Of a stretch of 38,331 bases of DNA, positions 20,575 to 28,639 are shown one piece after another (within the stretch, counting starts at the first letter, position 1; each line of letters begins with the position of its first letter). Position numbers and translations under genes: made by a program. This DNA comes from a bacterium (GTDB lineage Bacteria; JACRDZ01; JAQUKH01), in assembly GCA_028719205.1 (NCBI GenBank), contig JAQUKH010000004.1, positions 1-38,331 on the forward strand. Reading direction: 5' to 3'. The notes beneath the pieces are model-generated. The model saw nothing but the letters and a program-made list of their open reading frames with translations, was not told where the DNA came from and did not search any database.

Positions 20575-21366
20575 ATGTCTATTCAATCTATCTATACTCC
20601 CAGAAAAGACAAACCAATGCGGGCAGCAGGGTTCATGTCCGGCTCAGGGACTAATTTAATAAAGATCATTGAATGGGCGAAACAACTTGAGCTTGAAAAG
20701 GGTAAATCTCCCTATGAGATTGTCTTGATATTCACGGACAACAAGAACAGCAACGCGAAAGCAATATCAGAAAAATTTAATATTCCGCTGGAAACATTTG
20801 ACATACTTGATTTTTACAGATCAAAGGGATATTCAGACAAAAAGGATCTGTCTCATCGCGGGGAATTTGACAGTAAAATAGTTAAAATTTTAGGGAAATA
20901 CAATATTGACCTGATCGCGCTGGCCGGATATATGAGTATAGTTACTCAGCCGCTTTTGGATGTGTTTAATGGAAGGATAATTAATGTCCATCCCGCGGAT
21001 CTATCCGTTAAAAAGGGCGGAAAAAGGAAATATACAGGAGGCAATGCGGTTCGTGACGCGATATTAGCAGGCGAAAAGGAACTTCGTTCCACTACTCATA
21101 TTGTAAGAGATAAAGTTGATTATGGTGAAATTCTTTTGATTTCTGAAGGAATTTCTGTTAATATACCGGATAAATTGTCGCTTAAGGAATTAAGTACAAT
21201 TGAAAAAAAGAGTTTATTACAGGAAATAGTTAACCGGCACCAAAGCAGGCTTAAAGAAAATGGTGACTGGAAGATTTTTCCGCTAACTTTACAATATATA
21301 GCTGAAGGCCGTTTTACTATTGATACAGAGGGCAATGTATATTTTGATAATAATAAATTACATTAA
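20575..21366 (+). CDS. Folate-dependent formyltransferase, atypical PurN-like (GAR transformylase family)
   Basis: SGSGTNL phosphate loop, LAGYM, INVHP (catalytic Asn/His), VDYG (catalytic Asp). HPADLS replaces the usual HPSLLP. Start ATG 20575 inferred (track TTG 20536). Confidence 0.75.
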   Translation: MSIQSIYTPRKDKPMRAAGFMSGSGTNLIKIIEWAKQLELEKGKSPYEIVLIFTDNKNSNAKAISEKFNIPLETFDILDFYRSKGYSDKKDLSHRGEFDSKIVKILGKYNIDLIALAGYMSIVTQPLLDVFNGRIINVHPADLSVKKGGKRKYTGGNAVRDAILAGEKELRSTTHIVRDKVDYGEILLISEGISVNIPDKLSLKELSTIEKKSLLQEIVNRHQSRLKENGDWKIFPLTLQYIAEGRFTIDTEGNVYFDNNKLH

Positions 21367-21375
21367 GGAGTCCAT

Positions 21376-23367
21376 ATGATTTTGTCAAATGAACAAAACA
21401 AAACCTGTCTTGCCGCTATTTTTGTCTTTCTTATATCCATGTGGATTTATCTTATGACACTAAATCCCTCCATCTGGTGGGAAGATAGCGGAGAGTTAAC
21501 TACTACCCCTTACACACTTGGTATCACCCATCCGCCGGGTTATCCTCTTTACACTTTTGTTACTAAGGTAGTAATGACCCTTATTCCTGTAAGCAATATC
21601 GGATTCCGGGGAAATTTGGCGAACGCTTATTGGGGCGGTTTGTCCGCTGTTTTTATTTTTTTAATTGTTTTAAGAATAGAAAAAAAACTTATTGAGTCAC
21701 AAAAAATAGATCCGAAAATCTTGTTTGGCGGATATTTACCTGCTATAGTTGCCGGTATTTTAACTTCTACCGCCGCGACAATATGGCTGTATTCGATCAC
21801 ATCGGAGGAATACTCGCTTAATTTATTTTTTATGACGTTTATTAGTTGGCTCTTCTTTGTATGGGAAGAAAAAAAAGATATACGATATATGTTTTGCATC
21901 TCTTTCATCTATGGGATGAGCTTTGCCCATCATCAACAGGCAGTCATATTCTTCTTTCCATTTTTGTATTTTGCCGTGGTAACAGACTTTAAAACCGTTT
22001 TCCATTGGAAAAATTTTACTATTATTTTATTCCTTTTCATTCTTGGATGGAGCGCGTACGCATATATGCCGATCCGGTCATCGCAACACCCATTGTTGAA
22101 CTGGGGAACACCTTACTTATGGGATGGCTTTAAATTTTCTGTTAAACGTGATCAATACGGCCCTATGAGTGTGGCACGCGATATGAAAACATGGGTTGCA
22201 CAGTTAAACAGACTTGGTTTTATTGAACAATTTAATATTTATATTTTTCTTTTAAGCTTTTTAGGGTTATACCGGATGATCAGAAAAAATTCAACGCATA
22301 CTGTATTTCTTGCCCTTGCCACAGTATGCAGCGGACTATTTTTTGTATGGATAACCAATCTGCCTGATCCCGGCCATATGCTACACCTGTTTCGTAAATT
22401 TCTTCTTCCCTTATACGCCCTTTGCGCCATATGGATAACTTATGGATTATGCTTTATATTAGAAGCGGCCTATCTTTTTATAAATAAAATTAAACCTGTC
22501 AGCCAAAAGATATGGGCATTTTCATTAATTCCATTTTTACTTTTACCTGTAAGTAATTTATCCGAGCATTATAAAACTTATGATTACCATAAAAGTTATT
22601 TCACTTATGATTTTATCTATAATATGGCTAATACTCTTGAAAAAAATAGCGTCGTTTGGGGCTTTCTTTCTAATGACACATTTAACTGGTGGTTTTATAA
22701 TTATTCCGAAGGCAGAAGATTGGATGTGGTTAACATCCATCAAAGAATGATAACACTACCATGGTATTTCCAACAGACAAAAGATAATTACCCGCAGGCG
22801 GTCATGCGCCATAATGAATTTTTAGACTGGAATCTGATACAGGATTTGATATACCGGTCAGTTGTTTTTACCAGAGATTTTATGACAGATAATCCTAACC
22901 GGAATTATTATTATACCTTTTTCAGTAAAGATTATCTTCCAAAACGATATCCTATAATCCCAAAAGGAATTCTTTTCCGAGACTATGGCACTGAAGGCAA
23001 CTTTCCAATGGATGAAACAGTATGGTTAAACTACCGCTACAGAGGGATAAATTCAAATAGTGTTCCAAGATGCGACAGGGATAATGATATACTGGGCTTT
23101 GTCGCAACTTTGCATAGTTATTTCGGCCAAAAATATATGCAGGAGGAAAAATTTGAATTGGCAATATACCATTTCCAGGTATTAGCTCAGATCGACCCCA
23201 AAGCACCACATATTTATTACTCATTGGGTTATGCCTATTCCAGACTCAATAAACAAAACTTTGCCATAAGGGAATTCAGAAAGTTTTTAGAGGTAGCTAA
23301 TCCTAATTCTTTGGAAGTTTTGAATGTAAAAAAATGGTTGAACACGGTTCAACCTCAAGCCATGTAA
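21376..23367 (+). CDS. DUF2723/TMEM260-like multi-TM glycosyltransferase with C-terminal TPR
   Basis: DSGE...GITHPPGYPL, AHHQ, Y.PIRS...LNWG.P, NDTF motifs; many TM helices; TPR-like C-terminus; SD AAGGAG. Confidence 0.82.
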   Translation: MILSNEQNKTCLAAIFVFLISMWIYLMTLNPSIWWEDSGELTTTPYTLGITHPPGYPLYTFVTKVVMTLIPVSNIGFRGNLANAYWGGLSAVFIFLIVLRIEKKLIESQKIDPKILFGGYLPAIVAGILTSTAATIWLYSITSEEYSLNLFFMTFISWLFFVWEEKKDIRYMFCISFIYGMSFAHHQQAVIFFFPFLYFAVVTDFKTVFHWKNFTIILFLFILGWSAYAYMPIRSSQHPLLNWGTPYLWDGFKFSVKRDQYGPMSVARDMKTWVAQLNRLGFIEQFNIYIFLLSFLGLYRMIRKNSTHTVFLALATVCSGLFFVWITNLPDPGHMLHLFRKFLLPLYALCAIWITYGLCFILEAAYLFINKIKPVSQKIWAFSLIPFLLLPVSNLSEHYKTYDYHKSYFTYDFIYNMANTLEKNSVVWGFLSNDTFNWWFYNYSEGRRLDVVNIHQRMITLPWYFQQTKDNYPQAVMRHNEFLDWNLIQDLIYRSVVFTRDFMTDNPNRNYYYTFFSKDYLPKRYPIIPKGILFRDYGTEGNFPMDETVWLNYRYRGINSNSVPRCDRDNDILGFVATLHSYFGQKYMQEEKFELAIYHFQVLAQIDPKAPHIYYSLGYAYSRLNKQNFAIREFRKFLEVANPNSLEVLNVKKWLNTVQPQAM

Positions 23368-23369
23368 AC

Positions 23370-23404
23370 AACAGGGGCGAATATTTATCTTATTCGCCCC
23401 TGTT
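23370..23404. terminator. 14-bp perfect hairpin between convergent genes (terminator or REP-like)
   Basis: AACAGGGGCGAATA (23370-23383) / TATTCGCCCCTGTT (23391-23404). A second imperfect hairpin lies at 23419-23451. Confidence 0.65.
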
Positions 23405-23454
23405 AAACTTGAGTTAAACGAAAGGTTCTGGCTGAAAGCCAAGTTCTTTCGCTT

Positions 23455-24309
23455 TTACTCATTGTTATCCTCGAAGGGGATGTATAATTCATAAACATAA
23501 TTACCAGAATAATAGCACCCGACTGCCGTTACTATCCCCGCGAAAACATCGATGACATAGTGATACCCGCCGTATACCGTTGCGATTGCAAGAAAAATTA
23601 CATCTATCATGAAAAAATAAAAATATTTGCGATTATATTTATAAGAAAAAAATACAATAATTAGAGCAACAGCCACATGGGAACTTGGAAAGGCCGCGCC
23701 GGGCTTCTCCGCGTAAGCATAAATAAAATTCATTAAAGGCACAAAAACAACCCCTTCCATTTTTGGTAATTCAAAGATCAAGGGGCCCACAACAGGCAAA
23801 AAGATATAAATCAAATAACAAAAATAAAAGGTAAAACTCGTTACAAAAATAAAATGCTGAAATTTTTTTAAATCTTTAAAGTAAAGGATTAATCCAAGAA
23901 CGGGAATCAGAAGATAATAACTGAAATAAAAAAATTGGAAAATTTCTTTCAGCCATAGATAAGAAAATTTTTCGGAAAGCCAAATGCTCGGCTGTGATCT
24001 AAATACAGAAAATTCTATATTTTGGAAAAACACATCGAGATTCTCTTTATAAATAATATGATTTAATCGTCCTGTTTCCTCGTATAGGAAGGTATAAAGA
24101 ACCGCCGGATACCAAAAGCGGAAAAATCTGATAATTTTACTATCCTGTTTCTTTTCAAATAAATAAATTAACAAAAAAATCGCTGCAATAACAAAAAGGT
24201 GGGCTAAAATAAAAATAGTGCCGTTGGGTATCTCGGGAAAACACAGAATAATTATTAAAACTGTTATTAAATAACCTAAAGTAAATTTATCAGTTAAATT
24301 TAATCGCAT
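23455..24309 (-). CDS. PAP2-superfamily membrane protein, AUR1/inositolphosphorylceramide-synthase-like
   Basis: YFSYY, LPVVGP, AAFPSSH, ATVYGGYHYVIDVFAG; several TM helices; no KxxxxxxRP phosphatase motif. Confidence 0.75.
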   Translation of the reverse strand: MRLNLTDKFTLGYLITVLIIILCFPEIPNGTIFILAHLFVIAAIFLLIYLFEKKQDSKIIRFFRFWYPAVLYTFLYEETGRLNHIIYKENLDVFFQNIEFSVFRSQPSIWLSEKFSYLWLKEIFQFFYFSYYLLIPVLGLILYFKDLKKFQHFIFVTSFTFYFCYLIYIFLPVVGPLIFELPKMEGVVFVPLMNFIYAYAEKPGAAFPSSHVAVALIIVFFSYKYNRKYFYFFMIDVIFLAIATVYGGYHYVIDVFAGIVTAVGCYYSGNYVYELYIPFEDNNE

Positions 24310-24312
24310 AAA

Positions 24313-25305
24313 TTAGAGCCAGCCATTTTCACGGTACCATTTTACTGTTTCTTCCACCCCTCGTTTAAGATCGTATTCCGGCTTAAAACCAAGTTGTTTA
24401 AGCTTATCAGTCGAACATACCCAGCCTTTCTGCTGTATTTCTAAAAATTTCTGCCTGTTCAAAAAAGTCGCTTTCCCAAATAACCCGGAAATAAATTCTG
24501 AAATAATGGCGACAAAAAAAAGTAAAAAATCCGGTACGACCAGAGGAAAAGTTTTCTTATCCAATGTTTTTTTGATCTCGGAAAGGATCTCCTTAAGCTT
24601 ATACACAGTCTCATCAGAAACAAAATAGATCTCTCCAGCCGCTTCTTTTTTTTCCATCGCAAAAAGAATAGCCTTCACAAGATCTTCCACAAAAATAACG
24701 CTTATTTCCATCTCCATATTTCCGGCATGTGGCATGATCCCGCTATTGATAAGTTTAAAATACGTATAGATCCCCTTATCCCCGGGCCCATAAACAGCAG
24801 TTGGACGAAGAATTGTTATTGGTATTTGAGATGAGGCTTTTTTTAACTCCCCTTCACCTGCAAGTTTACTCTGCCCATAGAAGCTTATGGCATTAGGAGT
24901 ATCTGTCTCTTTTCTAGGATTTATCTTTGTCGCGGGACCTGAAGCAGCAAGACTGCTGATATATACAAAACGCTTGATTTTTTCTTTATACAGCAGGCAG
25001 GCTTCAACAATATTTTTTGCGCCTTCCGCGTTAATTGAGAAAAAATCCTCTCTTGTCCTCCCTTTTAAAACACCGGCACAATGAATGATATATTCAGGAA
25101 AGTCCGATTTTAACGAACTAAATGCATTTTCTAACGAAGATTTGTCATCAATAGAACCATATAAATAAGAAATATTGAGGCCGGAAAGCAGTTTCACGCT
25201 GCTTGTTTTTCTAACCAGGCAATATACTTTATAATTCTTTTTAAGAAGTTCCCTTACTAAATTACTTCCCACAAAGCCATTAGCACCGGTAATTAAAACT
25301 TTCAT
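24313..25305 (-). CDS. NAD(P)-dependent epimerase/dehydratase-type extended SDR; candidate ceramide reductase (CerR-like)
   Basis: TGANGFVG, SSLAASGP, YGQSK, RPTAVYGPGD. The family call is firm; the CerR role is inferred from context. Confidence 0.7.
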   Translation of the reverse strand: MKVLITGANGFVGSNLVRELLKKNYKVYCLVRKTSSVKLLSGLNISYLYGSIDDKSSLENAFSSLKSDFPEYIIHCAGVLKGRTREDFFSINAEGAKNIVEACLLYKEKIKRFVYISSLAASGPATKINPRKETDTPNAISFYGQSKLAGEGELKKASSQIPITILRPTAVYGPGDKGIYTYFKLINSGIMPHAGNMEMEISVIFVEDLVKAILFAMEKKEAAGEIYFVSDETVYKLKEILSEIKKTLDKKTFPLVVPDFLLFFVAIISEFISGLFGKATFLNRQKFLEIQQKGWVCSTDKLKQLGFKPEYDLKRGVEETVKWYRENGWL

Positions 25306-25354
25306 AGTGCGGATATTATAACATACATCAAAATATCTTTCAGCTCTTCTATTG

Positions 25355-26110
25355 TTATAAACCTAAGTTAGTTAATATTTCAACTCTCGCGTTATAAACT
25401 TTTTCCCTGTAACTTATTTTCCCGGCATAACTATTACTATTTTTTTTCATTTTATCCAACTCGCCTGCTAACGCCTCCCATTTACTGAAAGTTTCGCTGA
25501 TATTATAAGGCACATTATTCTTCTCCAGCACTTTCCAATATTTTCCATCCAAATAGTTTCCCAAATTAGTTGAAAATCCATCAGGATCCCATGTTTTAAC
25601 AATTCTATCTGTTTCATTTCTGTTCATTCCCGTGCTTTCAAATTTTAATAAAAACTTTTCTTTTAATCCATCCAATAATATATCATACTTAATTGACCCA
25701 TCAGGCAATCTATCTCCTTTAAATTTTATTTTTCCTGTTTGACTGTTTTTTTCTTCCCATACCGGATTAGACTTTGAACTGATACCATCATATGAAGGGT
25801 GAATAGCTCCCAAAGAAACATAAAAATTAGGGTCCGGTAAATAAAGCCGGCTGCCATGGATACGCGTACATCCGGGAATTGAATATTCCCCTTTTTCTCC
25901 TGAAACTAGGGTTGTTGAATAAAACGGACTTAAACCGTTTTTTGAACTTTTCCACCATACCGCGGTAACAACCGCGTCTTTTATCGGACGCCCGCTGATC
26001 GAATCCAAAATCCGGCCGGTAAAAACCGGAGTTTGATAAATTACCTTTGCGGCCTGAATAAGAAAAATAATTAAAATCAATACTAATATAGTAATTATTA
26101 TTTTTTTCAT
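25355..26110 (-). CDS. Hypothetical membrane-anchored/secreted protein with carboxypeptidase-regulatory-like beta domain
   Basis: MKKIIITILVLILIIFLI anchor; FTGRILDSISGRPIKDAVV and GEKGEYSIP pattern. Start moved to ATG 26110, 1 nt after the upstream stop, avoiding a 104-nt overlap. Confidence 0.6.
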   Translation of the reverse strand: MKKIIITILVLILIIFLIQAAKVIYQTPVFTGRILDSISGRPIKDAVVTAVWWKSSKNGLSPFYSTTLVSGEKGEYSIPGCTRIHGSRLYLPDPNFYVSLGAIHPSYDGISSKSNPVWEEKNSQTGKIKFKGDRLPDGSIKYDILLDGLKEKFLLKFESTGMNRNETDRIVKTWDPDGFSTNLGNYLDGKYWKVLEKNNVPYNISETFSKWEALAGELDKMKKNSNSYAGKISYREKVYNARVEILTNLGL

Positions 26111-26111
26111 T

Positions 26112-26942
26112 TTACCGGAGCCGTATTCCCTTATCTTCAATTGCAATAAGTCTTTTTTTATAAAGAGCTCCGATCGCTTTTTTGAAAGTGCTCTTGCTGA
26201 CACCAAAGAGATCATAAATAATTTCTGGCAAAGTTTTATCGGTTACGGGAATAAATCCACCCCGCTCTTTCAATTTATCAATAATTTTTCCTGTCAGGTC
26301 AACGATTTTTTTATAACCGGGTTCATGCAGAGTAAGGTCTATTTTATTATCTTCTCTTACTTTCTTAATGAATCCTTTTACTTCCTGGCCTTTCTCCAAT
26401 TTTTCGAACACCTCGTTTTTATAAATAATCCCCCAGTGTGAATTGTCAATAATAGCTTTATAACCGATATCCGTCTGGCTGTAAATCAGGAGATTAACCT
26501 TTTGACCTTCGCGGAAACTTGTGGGAATGTCTTTTAGAAATCTATCGATTCTTGACGAAGCAACAATACGCGTTTTTATTTCATCGACATATATGAAAAT
26601 AATATATGACTCATCTTCTTTCATTTTCTCTTTTTGTTCGCGAAAAGGCACAAATAAATCCTTCTGCAAACCCCAGCCGAGAAACGCTCCCACAGAACTT
26701 ACCGAAACAACCCTCAGAAAGGCAAACTGGCCGACCGTAGCGTAAGGTTTTTCGGTAGTCGCTATAATCCGGTCTTCCGAATCGAAATTAATAAAAACCT
26801 CGACAATATCACCATTTTCGCACTTTTCTGGCACGTATCTTTTGGGAAGCAATATTTCACCAAGATCACCACCGTCAAGATAAACTCCAAAATCAACCTT
26901 TTTAACTATTTTTAATTTATTTAATTTTCCTATCTCTGCCAT
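26112..26942 (-). CDS. S1-domain RNA-binding protein, CvfB/YitL family
   Basis: IGKLNKLKI, FGVYLDGG...ILLPKRY, DSEDRIIAT, GAFL.WGL.KDLFVP, C-terminal winged helix SKSTFKKAIGALYKK. Confidence 0.9.
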   Translation of the reverse strand: MAEIGKLNKLKIVKKVDFGVYLDGGDLGEILLPKRYVPEKCENGDIVEVFINFDSEDRIIATTEKPYATVGQFAFLRVVSVSSVGAFLGWGLQKDLFVPFREQKEKMKEDESYIIFIYVDEIKTRIVASSRIDRFLKDIPTSFREGQKVNLLIYSQTDIGYKAIIDNSHWGIIYKNEVFEKLEKGQEVKGFIKKVREDNKIDLTLHEPGYKKIVDLTGKIIDKLKERGGFIPVTDKTLPEIIYDLFGVSKSTFKKAIGALYKKRLIAIEDKGIRLR

Positions 26943-26974
26943 AAATAATTATCCTCTCCCTGCTAATGGAAAGT

Positions 26975-27481
26975 TTATTCCACGTAATTTACTATTTCCG
27001 CCATGGATTTTCTTTTTTTATCATTAGGCTGGTCGTTTGGATAACCTAACGGAGTAAAGGCAACAGGCTCAAATTCTTTTGGCAGCGCCAGAACTTCTTT
27101 TGCGGCTATTGGATCAAAAGCACCTATCCAGCATGTGCCCAAGCCTTCTTCTGTAGCCGCTAAGATCAAATGATCCATAACAATTGCTACATCCACATCG
27201 TTGTAATTTTTACCGTCTTTTCGCACCCAGCTTTTAGAAGGAATTCCACAAGCACAAATCAAAATAGGCGCTTGTACAAACCAATCCCTGTCATAAATTC
27301 TCCGAAGGCCTTGTTTGTTGTGTTCGGTCTTAATTACGATCAACCTGAATGCCTGAAAATTTGCGGCAGTAGGAGCAAACCGGGCCGCCTCAAGAATTTT
27401 TTCTAATTTATTTTCTTCTACAGGCTGGGATTTGTATGAACGAACACTATATCGATGTTTTACGAGCTCATGAAAATTCAT
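26975..27481 (-). CDS. Nitroreductase family protein
   Basis: RYSVRSY, ARFAPTAANFQ, LAATEEGLGTCWIGAF, PLGYP. Confidence 0.92.
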   Translation of the reverse strand: MNFHELVKHRYSVRSYKSQPVEENKLEKILEAARFAPTAANFQAFRLIVIKTEHNKQGLRRIYDRDWFVQAPILICACGIPSKSWVRKDGKNYNDVDVAIVMDHLILAATEEGLGTCWIGAFDPIAAKEVLALPKEFEPVAFTPLGYPNDQPNDKKRKSMAEIVNYVE

Positions 27482-27486
27482 GATTC

Positions 27487-27516
27487 AATTTAATCACATC
27501 AAAATGGGGCTGTCAA
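27487..27516 (-). promoter_or_regulatory. Putative promoter for the nitroreductase-cvfB-hypothetical block
   Basis: TTGACA (27516-27511), 18-bp spacer, TAAATT (27492-27487), 5 nt before the ATG; no SD. Confidence 0.5.
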
Positions 27517-27523
27517 GAAAATC

Positions 27524-28639
27524 TTACAGTTTTTTATCGTAAATTCGGTAGGTTTTATAAGGGTCGGCTCCCATGCGGATAAGGATCCTGTTCATCATTT
27601 CATTACTTTCAAGGATCCAGGAATATTCTACTTTTCGATAACCGTTTTTTACCGCGTTATTAAAGCCTGTATTATAAAGCAAAACGTCTATTCCCCAGTG
27701 CCGGTATTCTTCTACCACTCCCATTGTAAGAACACGAAGGGCAGCTATTTTTCTTTTTTCAAGCAGCAGTTTAATTAATCCGAAAGGTAAAAGTTTTCCT
27801 TTTATTTTTTTAAGAGCCAGGTTCAAATCCGGAAGAGCCAGAAAAAACGCGATAGGCTTGCCGTCTATTTCCGCGAATAAGATCATGTCTTTGTCCATGA
27901 TCATCTTGAAATCTTTTGCGGTTTTCTCGAATTCCTTATCAGTCATGGGAACAAAACCCCAGTTTTCTTTCCACGCCTCAGAATAGATCTTTTTAATTAA
28001 TTCTACTTCTTCCCGGAATTTTTTTGGATTGATCGGCCGGACAACCACGTTTTTTCTTTTTGTCAGCCTGTCAGAAACCTTTTTTATATATTCCGGCACA
28101 TCATTAAATTTGTAGTCATACGCTATCAGATCCATTTCTTTTTTATAACCGTAAGATTCTAAAAAATCGGCATAATAAGGAGGATTGTAAGACATCATTA
28201 AAACCGGCTGGGAATCGTATCCCTTTATTAAAAGCCCGCATTCTTCGTTCGTTGAAAAATTCATCGGCCCGCGGACAGTATCCATCCCTTTTAATTTAAG
28301 CCATGAAGATGCGGCCGATAAAAGTTTTTCCGCGATCAAATAATCCTTCTCGCATTCAAAAAAACCAAAAAAACCGACTTTATCTTTATAAAAATCATTA
28401 TGATTAAAATTGATATGCGCCGAAATACGGCCGACAGGCTTATCATTTTTTAAAGCCAGAAAAAGCTTTATTTCCGCATGATCATAAAACGGATTTTTCC
28501 TGGGATCAAAAAATTCTTCGCGTTCAATAATTAGAGGAGGAACCCAATTAGGGTCATTTTTATAAAGTTCGTAAGGAAAACAAATAAACTGATGCAGCTC
28601 TTTTTTGGCAGTTACTTCTTTTATAATGATTTCTGACAT
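27524..28639 (-). CDS. Tandem-GNAT acyltransferase, bacterial ceramide synthase (bCerS/YghO-like)
   Basis: FP..LY..DPNWVPPL, GRISA, GFFGFFE, GPMNFSTNEECGLL, NWGFVPMT, SWILESN. Start overlaps the spt stop (TAATG). Confidence 0.82.
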   Translation of the reverse strand: MSEIIIKEVTAKKELHQFICFPYELYKNDPNWVPPLIIEREEFFDPRKNPFYDHAEIKLFLALKNDKPVGRISAHINFNHNDFYKDKVGFFGFFECEKDYLIAEKLLSAASSWLKLKGMDTVRGPMNFSTNEECGLLIKGYDSQPVLMMSYNPPYYADFLESYGYKKEMDLIAYDYKFNDVPEYIKKVSDRLTKRKNVVVRPINPKKFREEVELIKKIYSEAWKENWGFVPMTDKEFEKTAKDFKMIMDKDMILFAEIDGKPIAFFLALPDLNLALKKIKGKLLPFGLIKLLLEKRKIAALRVLTMGVVEEYRHWGIDVLLYNTGFNNAVKNGYRKVEYSWILESNEMMNRILIRMGADPYKTYRIYDKKL

